In this document: piece by piece, positions 25,930 through 35,725 of the stretch
How the letters are laid out: the number at the start of each line of letters is the position of its first letter
Numbering within the stretch: the first letter of the stretch is position 1
Source: Chara braunii
Lineage: Eukaryota; Plantae; Charophyceae
Length of the DNA stretch: 64,000 bases
NCBI GenBank assembly: GCA_003427395.1
Contig: BFEA01000037.1
Coordinates: 4,323,127-4,387,126 of the forward strand
Direction of reading: 5' to 3'
The notes under the pieces: generated by a model
The model's input: only the letters and a program-made list of their open reading frames with translations
Database searches by the model: none
Told to the model about the DNA's origin: nothing
Made by a program: the position numbers and the translations under genes

Positions 25930-25998
25930 CAAAATAATGCATTGGGTGGATGCCTTGGCATTGAGAAAGAAAGGACGCAATGAAAGGCGAAACGCCAT
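25930..25998 (+). pseudogene. rnl: NUMT: 5' fragment of mitochondrial LSU rRNA
   Basis: AATGCATTGGGTGGATGCCTTGGCATTGAGAAAGAAAGGACGC...AGGCGAAACGCCAT resembles the 5' domain of plant mitochondrial 26S rRNA. Confidence 0.8.
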
Positions 25999-26430
25999 TT
26001 CTCATAACTCTTGGTAAATTTCGCAGTTCCAAGAGCTAGTTTGCGCTTGGACTTGTCGATGAGATCATCCAGAGGTCGTCTTGGATCCGTGGCAAAGTGC
26101 AGCCTATAGGTTGTAAAGTCTATAGTGCTGTGAACATATGGATTATACATCAGTTGTACCCTAGATAGATGTTTGTCCCAGTCCTGCTGATCAGGTGCGA
26201 TCGCATGGGGCAACAAATTTTGACTTTGAATTGAAGCACAAACTAGAGCATACAACTCTTTCTCATTGGTGGAAACCTGAATTCTTTGCACCCTTTATCT
26301 TCTTACTCGTGAATTTCACTGGTTTCAGACCAGTCCCATCATCTTGCTTAAGAATTGCACCAACTCCATATTGACTTGCATCTGTGGTCAACACAAATGA
26401 GAAGATAGGGTCAGGCAGTTTCAGCACAGG

Positions 26431-27140
26431 TGTGACGGGGCTGAGGCAGAGCTAAGAGGCTGGGAGAGAGAGGGAGAGTGAGAGCACACACATACGCTCA
26501 CGCAACTCGACGCAGACTCAACACGACTCGATAGATGCAGACATGAAGTGGCAAATTCGCAAAGTCGCAATCTTGGATTCCGAACACAATGTCGCAGCAA
26601 GTCACGCCGAAGCACAAGCATTGAGGCCGAAAATTGAATGCCCAAACTCAAGTTGAGTCTAGTCTTAAAGACTCAAGTAAGTTTCTTGAGGGCAGAAGTG
26701 CGATTTGCCTCGGGGCTGAACTGAAAATTGAAGGTCCAAGCCTTGACGCCAAAATGTCGGATGGCGCCAAGCATCTAAATCCGAAAGTGCCGTGTTTGAA
26801 TTCTGTGGGGGACCACCCTCTAAGCCTAAGTATTTCTCAGTGACCAATAGTGTACAAGTAACGTGAGGGAAAGATGAAAAGAACCCTAAGAAAGGGAGTG
26901 AAATAGAAAACCTGAAACTCGATGCAGGCAATCAGTCGAAGGCTGAAAGATGCATCATCAATCAATGGATGATGGATCTGCAAAGGTTAACGGAGTACAG
27001 AGGAGGGATTCGAGAACGGGTGCCAACTGCAGAGGGCGCCAACAGTCAGGAACCGAAGATTAGAGACTCAAAATTAAAATAGCAACCTGGCGGGTGGTAA
27101 CCCGAGGATCAGGGATAGAGCCTTGGCTGAGTCAGTAACA
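26431..27140 (-). repeat. 3' LTR of B
   Basis: Homologous to ~49755-50263 with indels; PPT AAAGGGAGGGGATAG adjacent (27155-27141). Confidence 0.88.
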
Positions 27141-27244
27141 CTATCCCCTCCCTTTGGAAGGCAACGTCCAGGATGCCAAAGACCCAATGAACAACTGTGA
27201 AGGACGGGACGGGGCCGATCACTGGTCATAAAAGGAAAGGGGGA

Positions 27245-27420
27245 GTAATGCAAGTAGCAGGTAATCCTAAAGAGGTTCTACATGGGTAAGGGGATCAATG
27301 CTCAAGTAACAGGGTAATCCTATTGAGGTTCTACAAGGGTGAGGGTAGCAATGTTCAAGTAATAGGGTAATCCTATTGAGGTTCTACAAGTAACAAACCA
27401 TTCCTGTTGGTGTTCTACAA
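27245..27420. repeat. ~53-bp tandem repeat (x3) in the 3' UTR of B
   Basis: CAAGTA-CAGGGTAATCCTATTGAGGTTCTACA repeated. Confidence 0.85.
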
Positions 27421-28069
27421 GGTTATAGGTTGTCACGTTTGAGGAAAAAAAAAAGAATGTTTGTTCAATGCTAAAGTGTTGGTGTCTGAGGGGTTTGGGA
27501 AAACAACGTCTTAGGTCTGTAACAAAGTGTCAAAAGCGGAAAAATGTCTTGAGGAAGGTCTTGGAAGGTGTCGCAAAAGTGGCAGTGAGGAAGCAGTCTT
27601 CAACAGTTCTATGATGTAGACGGCGAGGACTTCAACTTGATTGTTGCAGTAGCAGGTTGCGTCCGGTACATGATTTGATGACGAGGTCTGATTCGGATAG
27701 CAGGTCGCAGATTGATCTTGATATCCATGTCGGAGGTGCTGCTCCAGAAGTCTGTGAGTCCAAGGTGTCGGCCAAAGGGAACAACATGGTGGCCAACGAG
27801 TTGCCTTGTCTCCTCGTACTGAGTTGTAGCATGCCATCGTCCTTGTGCACTTGCCATTAGATCCATTGTCGCCGGCTACGCGCAGGGGCGACATGTAGGA
27901 CTTGGACAAGAGGGAAATAGATGTGGCAAAGGACAAACTGGAGAACGGGGCGAGACAGTGGCAAGAGCGGATCAGACAGGGGGAGGTCAAGGGGCAAAGG
28001 GTCTTTCTGGGTACAGGGGATGTGTGTAGTTAAGGAGAGGTTTACGCAAAGTTTAGGCATAGTGGGTAG

Positions 28070-31000
28070 CTAGGATATAGGATGGGAGCGATCATAAGCG
28101 CGAACAAGTTTCATGGCATTCTTCAGGTCAGCAAGAGGTTCCCATGTGGATTCTTCGTTAGGGTATCTTGTCCATTTAACTTCGTATTCTATGACTGGTT
28201 TAGGGTGGTCAGATACTTGAGTAGTTCTTTGTCCTATGATGACTTCGACGACGAAATCAGGGCCTATGGGTAACGTGATTGGTGGAGGACTAGGCATTCT
28301 TGAGGTTAGCAAGAGGTTGCCATGTTTCGTCAGGGTATCCTGTCCATTTAACTTCGTATTCTATGATTGGTTCAGGGTGGTCAGATACCTGAGCAGTTCT
28401 CCGTCCTACGACGACAAATTCAGGGCCTTTGTTCAGTGATGGGGAAGGGTCCGAGCCACTTCTTCGAGAGTTTCTTGGACAAGCCGTGTTCGGGTGGAAA
28501 GCGTTTGGCGGAGAGCTAGACTTTGTCCCCTACTTTGAATGACACGTCACATCTGTGTTTGTTGGTCTTGTTGGCTTGTTGTTCTTGTGTTTGTTCAAGG
28601 GCTTCAGTGGCTTCTCTAAGGAGTTTGTTCATTCTTGCTGCCCATTCATTGAGAGAAGGACAGGGGGTGGAGGGGTTGAGTTGTGAAGGAAGTAGGAAGT
28701 CAGAGGGCAAGCGAGGATGGTAGCCAAGATCGAGGTAGAACGGGGACATGCCAATGGAAGGGCAACTGATCCCAGTCGTGTTGGTGTGGATGACAATACT
28801 TCCCCGTGGTTCTTTGGAGAGTATCGTTCATCTTCTCGGTTTGTCCATCAGTCTGGGGGTAGAATGTAGTGCGAGCGTGGTTCCATATGTTTTGAAGAGG
28901 TGTTTCCAAAATTGTGAGAGGAAGCCGGGATCACGGTCACTGATGATGTTCTCGGCGAGCCTGTGATGGCGTGCGACATGATCAAAGAAGAGAGTGGCGA
29001 TGTCTTTGGCGTTGTGCGAAGTAGTGCAAGGGATGAAGTTTGCACGTTTAGTCAAGCGACGAACGATGACATAGACGCAATCATGGCCACAGTCGCTCTT
29101 GGGTAGACTGCACACGAACTCCATAGAGATGGACTGCCACCGGTGAGTGGGAATCGACAATGATTGTAACTTGTTGGGTTTGGCCCGGTTCGAAGGGTTG
29201 ATGGCTTGGCATGTGGGGCATGCGTGAATGTAAGCTTTGACGTTGACGAGAATGAAGTAGCTGGAGATGGTGTCAAAGGTTTTTTAGAACTCGCTATCTC
29301 CCGCAATCTTGGCCTCGTGGTGCTCGACCAAGAGCTGGGTAGGGAGACCATTTGTGTCGGGGATGCAAAGTCCGCGAGTGCCTTTGGTGTCGACGTGGAG
29401 AAGATTGTCGTGGAGGGAGTAGTCAGTGATAGTGTCGAGGTCACGAAGTTTATTGTAGATTGTTTAGAAATCCGGGCGAGAGGGGTAGCCATGGGTGTAG
29501 TGGTGGTGGAGTGAAGGGAGGAGCTGGTTATGAGTCATGGTGGCGTAGAGTTGGGTGTAGTGGTGGTGGAGTGAAGGGAGGAGCTGGTTATGAGTCATGA
29601 TGGCGTAGACTTTCTCGGAGGGTTGTGGTCGGGGCGTCGAGAGGGTATCGACAACTCGGTTGCTTTTGCTGGGGGTGTGGCAAATGGTGAATGTGAACTG
29701 GGCAAGAAAGTCTAACCAGCGGGCTTGGCGTGGTGTGATGTCTTTCTTAGCGAGTATGGAGGAGACAATGGTGTTGTCGGTGCGAATGGTGAAGTATTGT
29801 CTGTCGAGGTACGGGCGCCAGACTTTGAGGACGTGAATAACGGTGAGGAGTTCCTTCTCGTTGGAGAGGTAGTTCATGTTTATGGGAAGGAGCTTCTTGC
29901 TTGCGAAGGTGGGTGGGGTGGTCTTTGATTGAGGGGGTTTTGGAGGTGTCGCGAGGAAAATGTTTGGAGAGGACGACTCCAATGGCTAAGTCGGATGCAT
30001 CAATGGTAACGTAGAAATGTTGAGAGGGGTCAGCAATCTCGAGGATGGGGCCCGCGGTGATGGTTTGTTTGAGGAAGCCGAAGGCGTTTTGGCGGCCGTC
30101 GTTCCAATTAAAGGGCTCGTTCTTGCATGTGAGTTCGTGGAGCAGTGCGGATGAAGGGGCGGTAATAGTTGGCGAGGCCGAGGAATGAGCATAGTTGGAG
30201 TAGGGTCTTGGGCGGGGGTTACTCATTGAGGGCGGTGACCTTCGAGGGTCCATGCGAATTCCTTCAGCAGAGACGATGTGGCCAAGGTATTCTACTCTAT
30301 AGGCAGCAAAGGTGCATTTGCTGAGCTAGGCGGAAAATTTTTGCTCTCTGAGGATAGAGAGGACTTGGCGAAGGTGCTGAAGGTGAGACTCAAAGGTGGG
30401 GCTATAGACAAGGATATAATCAAGGTAGATGCCGTCACGGACTTCGAGGAGGTTGCAGAAGATGTGATTCATGGTGGATTGGAATGTGGCGGGGGTGTTG
30501 GTGAGTCTGAAGGGCATCACGAGGAACTTGTAGTGCCCGAAGTGAGAGCGGAATGCGGTCTTGTGGGTAACCTCCTCGCGGATGTGGATCTGGTGGAAGC
30601 CACTGCGGAAGTCAATCTTGGTAAAATATTTGGCTCCACGGAGGCGATCCAGAAGCTTGGAGATCCGAGGTGGGGGTACTTGTTCTTGATCGTGATCCGA
30701 TTCAAGGCGCGGTAGTCTTTGCACATCCTTAGTTCTGAGGCTCCACCTTTCTTTACGGAAAGGCAGCTTGTACCGAAGGGGGAGAAGCTTGGCTTAATGA
30801 ATCCTTCTTCAAGGAGTTCATTGAGCTGGCGCTTCATTTCTTCGGCTTCCGGAGAGTTGGTATGGAGGGCGGCACGACGGAGAGTGGCTGGGTTCCAGAT
30901 CAATGGTATGAGACACCACGATATGGGAGTAATCTGACAGGCAAGGACACGAGAAAAAAGTCTTTGAACTCGTTGAGGATGGCGATGAGGGGGGTGGTCA

Positions 31001-31513
31001 GAGTGGGGAGCTTGATCAGGTTTGTCCGTAGGGAGCAAGTCCTCGGGACGTTCGCGATAAAGGACAAGGTAGTAGTAGGTGGAGTCGGGTTGTGACGGGC
31101 CATGTGGAGAAACCGGTGGGGAGTGACAAAGTTTTGGCAGGTAGGGTGGGGGAAATAGGGGATGTCGATGGGCGTGTCGGGGGGGTTGGTGAGGCGGAAG
31201 AAGGGGTGGAACGCGTATGGCATGTAGTTGTCCAGCCAAGGTGTTCCCAAAACAATGTCGCACATGAAGTGCATGAGATCGAATGAGACCTGACTGCGGA
31301 GGGTTTCGACAATCATATGGAGGTCTTGGGAACCGTGCGGTCTACTACGATGACGGTGCCTTTGTCCCGTAGACGAAAGGTAATTGGGGAGGCGTAACCG
31401 GTAGAGGTGAGACCGGCTTTTCGGACACGCGCGTCAGTGATAAAGTTGTCGGTAGCTCCAATGTCAAGGAGGGCCCGGAACTTGGTTGGAGATGCACCAA
31501 GGGTGGCGGCCAT
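28070..31513 (-). pseudogene. B pol: protease, RT, RNase H, integrase, chromodomain (duplicated)
   Basis: ALLDIGATDNFI; LRMCKDYRALN; FTKIDFRSGFHQI; IDASDLAIG; NEKELL; ISMEFV...ISDRDPGF; PQTDGQTE; VEVIIGQR...EYEVKWTRYPNEESTWEP. Confidence 0.92.
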
Positions 31514-31929
31514 AAGCTTGAGGTGGAAGCGGGATGAGTAGGCGGTGGAGATGATGGCGTTGAGGCGGCGCTGTTCGGTGCCTTATTTGATAAGCAGATC
31601 GTGTCGTGCTTGTCTCTCAACGACATCGTAGAAGGTGATGGAGGATGGATTCGGGAGAAGGGTAGAGGAACATGTACCAGTGGGTTGCGACGCCGGGGAT
31701 CGTCCGGTGGAGGTGTGTCATCGGGGAGAGGGGGGGGCAGACGAATTGTTAATGCTAATTGGGCCATCGGTGGAATAGAGGTGATCACTGATGGGATGGC
31801 GGGTAGTCGAGTCGTCAATGCAGGGACGGGTTCGTTGTGATCATGGGGACAGTGTTCAAGTCGAGGAGGGACCGGGAATGGCGGACGCGGAAATGGCGGG
31901 TTGGGGGGGCGCAGACGTGGGTGCCTGAC

Positions 31930-33529
31930 GTGTGAACTGCGTGGTATTTGGACAGTTTGTTTGTTAATGTCCTAATTGTCGGCATCGGAATCATCCACCC
32001 TTAGCTTGGAGGTAGGTTCGCTCCCCAGGCTTGAGTTTTGTTAGACGGGTTGGGTGGGTGTTTGTAGGAGGATGGCTGGTGCGTTCTCTTCCATCCGCGT
32101 GAGGTGGATGGCGGAGAGTTCGTCTGAGGAGAGCGATGTGGTGTTTAGTGGGTTGGAGAGGGTGTCCGGGTTGGGGGCGGTGAACTCGTTCGAGGAGGTG
32201 GTGGAGGTGATGTCTTTGGAGGCGATGTTGTGGAAGAAGTGAGGGTGGGGAGGGGTTGATGTGAGTGAGGTCTTGTAGGGGGAGAAGACGCGGTTGATTT
32301 GGAGGGCACGAGTGAGGAGGTCGGCGAAGGTCATGGGTGGCTCACGGACAAGGGCTGCCGCTAGTTCCTTGTGGCATACCCGCTTGACGTGTCACCAACG
32401 AGGTTGATTGGGATGCGCTGGCAAAGAGAGCGGACGTATTGAACAAAGCAGTCGATCGGTCCGATTTGACGGAGCCGACAAAATTGGTCGAGGTAGTCAT
32501 CAACTGTCTTCTGTGGGCGGAAGGTGGAGGTGATCAGGGTGGGGGGTGAGGGGGGGGATTAGGTGTTGTTGGTGACGCTGACGAATGTCTTTGGTGGTTC
32601 TTCAAGGGGAGGGGGTTGGTATGGGGGGAGGACGGTCTGGTCGGGGGCTGTCGGGTGGGAGGTCAACTCAAGGAAGGAGTGAGGTGGAAGACCGACATGC
32701 TGGCGGTTAGTCATTTTTTTGTACCACCATCGAGCGGTGCCGTCCAATAGTTTGGTGCCAGCAATGGGGAGCCAGTGGATGGCTGGGATGCTGTTGAGGG
32801 AGAAGGCTTGCTGGAGTTTGGCGAGAAGAGGAAGACGTCCTCATGGGGTTGGTAGGAGAAGGTGGGGATCTCTTTGATGCAGAATGATGGAGGGATATTG
32901 TTGACTTTGGTGGCAGTAGCGGCGAGGGCGTTGATGTCAAGGGTAGGGGAGGAAGAGTCGATCCGGGTGAAATCGTCGACGGGGTTGGTGGGAATGAGCG
33001 CGTTTGGTGGAAGTAGTACAGGGCTTGTGGTGTTGAAGTGATCTGGGTATAGGTGGGTTGGGTGGAAGTGATAGTGGATGAACTCAAGAGAGGTTTTGAC
33101 TGGGGGGGAATGGTCGACGACCGCGTGACGGCAGGGGTTGTCGTCTTCGGTGGTGGGGTGACCATGGTGGAGGTGGTGGTGGATGATGGCGGGGGTGTGG
33201 ATGACGCACTAGCGGAGAGGGCGGTGGATGTGGAGGCGGAGGATGGAGGAATGGTGATGGCGCCTGAGGTGAGGGGGGGGAGACGTGGTGGTGATGATCT
33301 GGATGGCAGGGGTTTGATTTTTGATGGTGTTCATGCGAGCGGAGATGGTGGAGACGGATGTTTTGATGTCATTGATGGATGAGTGGATGGATGTCACCAT
33401 GTGGAGGAGTGTTGCGAGATCGGTGGCGGCATCGGGTGCTGGTGTTTACTTGCCTGCGAGGTTGCAGGCGATGCTATCGACGAAGTCGATGCGGATGCCG
33501 GACATATCAATGCTGGATGATTGGGCCAT
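31930..33529 (-). pseudogene. B gag (Pro/Thr/Ser-rich, zinc-knuckle relic)
   Basis: ATG at 33529; LDGTARWWY; FRCRQLGH*QTNCP near 31990-31948. Confidence 0.75.
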
Positions 33530-33924
33530 GGTGGGGGAGGAAGCGGTGGTAGCAGTGGATGAGGTGGAGGCAGCGGCGACGTCGGCGGCTGTGCATTGAG
33601 AGTTGCTGGTTGTGCGTGTCACGTCCTAGTTACAAGGGTAGAGTAACATCAATTGATTTAGCAAAAGAAGTATTCTTGAATAAATGATTTCGGAATTAAA
33701 TTTATTTGAAATTAATTCAAGAGCTAGGCTACTAGAGTGGCCCGGGTCCACTTGGCCGACCGCCCCAAAAAGATATTAAAAAATAAAAAGTATTTATTTA
33801 TTTATTTTATTTTTAATTTAAAATTTGAGTTTAAATTTGGTAAATAATTTCGATGTGTTACTGAGGCAATTTGCTCAATTTATTTTTTTCCCGGGCCCTA
33901 TTTTCCGGGAGACTTATTCCATAT

Positions 33925-34202
33925 CCGCCAGAGTTTAATGTTTTTTTCATACGACAAGTCGCGTTCGGGAGACTTGTTCTATATCGTTGTGTAATCTCTT
34001 CCTCTTCTTTGTCCTGTTCTTTTCACCCCACCATCTTATTCTTCTTCTGTGTGGTTTGTTGTTGGCTGTTCTCCTGAATTGATGTGGTGTGGACTTCATG
34101 AGTGGCTGTCGCTGTTGACACGCGTCCCCCAGGACGCGGGGGTGGGGTTACTCGATGCTCGCTAACGTTGCCGTATGTACATTGAAGATTGTTGCTCTGC
34201 AC
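33925..34202 (+). repeat. 5' direct repeat (pseudo-LTR) of PLE-2
   Basis: Aligns to 39444-39690. Confidence 0.92.
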
Positions 34203-34281
34203 TTTGCTTCTCGGAGTAACCACCGTAGAGGTTATACTACTGGTCATGTGGCTTCGTTGTTTGAGTTGTGACAGTGTTACA

Positions 34282-35711
34282 ATGGCTAATGTACCTGCAG
34301 CTACGAGTGTGCGTACGTGTTATAACTGCGGTGACCCCAACCATTTTGCAAGATGGTGTCCTGACCGACAGGACATCACCAACTCTAATCACAATTCTAC
34401 TAATGCCCCTATTCTAGCTCTATATCCTCCCACGGCTCCCGTGCTCCCTCCATCTCCTCCCCCCTGTCCAGCGCACCTGCCTTCTTCATCTACGGCTGTG
34501 TGGCAGCTTCTGGCACGGGCAGTCAGTATCAGAAGGGTAGCGGTTGGTTCAATACTGACCAGCGAGTAGCCGTTTTGGAGGATACTGTGGCTCAGCTGAA
34601 GGCATGGTACGATGCGAAGGTGGCCAAGGTAGTAGCGAAGCAACAGGAGGAAGAGAGACTTAAACGAGAACGTGAGGCCGAGGAACGAAGACTTAGAAAA
34701 AAGAAGGATAGAGAAGAATTTCAGAAGGAAATGAGCGACTCATGGAATGCTAAGTTCGAATCTGTGTGTGGTGCTCTACGTTCTAGTAAGAATGCATGTA
34801 CGAATGATCAGGAGTTGGAGAAACTCAAGAAGCAGGTGGAAGTGTTACAAATTGGTCAGAGGCAGGCGATGGGTAATTCAGGGGCATCCACAAGCAAAGC
34901 AATGGTCAATAATGATGGTATGTTGGCTAGTCTTCTCCATGAACAAGAGGAGATGAGAGCCAAACTGGAGTTTGCACTGGGTGCATGTAAGAAAGTCGAG
35001 ATGTTGGAGAACGAGGTGCGGGTGTTAAAGCAGTCGGATGAGGATGCCGTACAGAAGGCCGAGACATGGAAGGAGGCGTTGAGGACAGGCAACAAGCGTA
35101 GTCACATTGCTATGTCACCTGCGTCGACCTTGAAAATGCCGCCAGCAGCTACGCCTCGGAAATCTCCCAGTAAGGAGCGAATGAATGTTGATACGACGCC
35201 GGTCAGACAGCGACATAATTTGGAAGTGGAGACGTTGAAGGAGCTCAGGATGCAGGAGCTGAATAGGGGGCGGGAAGCAGAGCAAGAAAATGCGCGACTG
35301 AAAGAGGAGTTGGCAAAGCAGGATGCTGTTAAGCATGCGGCGCCGAGATCTAGCTTTTGAGTGAGACTTGATGAGGTTGAGGGGAACGGTGGAGCGTCAT
35401 TTCCACGAACAGGAAAGGGCAAGAAGAAACCTAGTACCGGTAGCGAGGCTGGGAGGGACGATGAGCGCGAAGCTTTTTTTCGGGAGGTGAAGAAGGAATT
35501 CCGAAATTTGAAGAAAGATGACGTCATGGACATATGCATGAAGGAGGGGGTCGAGTATACGACTCTGAGCGAAACCATCACAGAAATCATCAACAAGCAT
35601 GTTGAACACGCCTTTGGGAAGAAGCCGGCGATACAAGACATCTCCGATAACGGCATAGGGGAACCACAGGACGAGGGTAAGGATGACGGGAGGGACTCGG
35701 CTACTTCGTAG
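34282..35711 (+). pseudogene. PLE-2 ORF1: CCHC zinc knuckle plus coiled coil (gag-like); one frameshift and one stop
   Basis: MANVP...CYNCGDPNHFARWCP; long E/K/R-rich heptad region 34500-35360 continuing in frame to 35711. Confidence 0.8.
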
Positions 35712-35725
35712 GGTCCCTCCCGAGC

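Larger units (their letters stand above)
25250..26430 (-). pseudogene. A pol 3' part: RNase H start, large deletion, integrase C-terminus, chromo-like domain
   Basis: VLKLPDP...NEKELYAL joined directly to APDQQDWDKHL; YYGPW; PVFHASKL; YEVES...EYLVKF. Confidence 0.85.

Noticed and set aside
33625-33760. Helitron 3' end (hairpin plus CTAG)
   Set aside because: Hairpin spacing and the A|T target do not fit well, the motif occurs in both orientations, and no matching 5' TC end was found.
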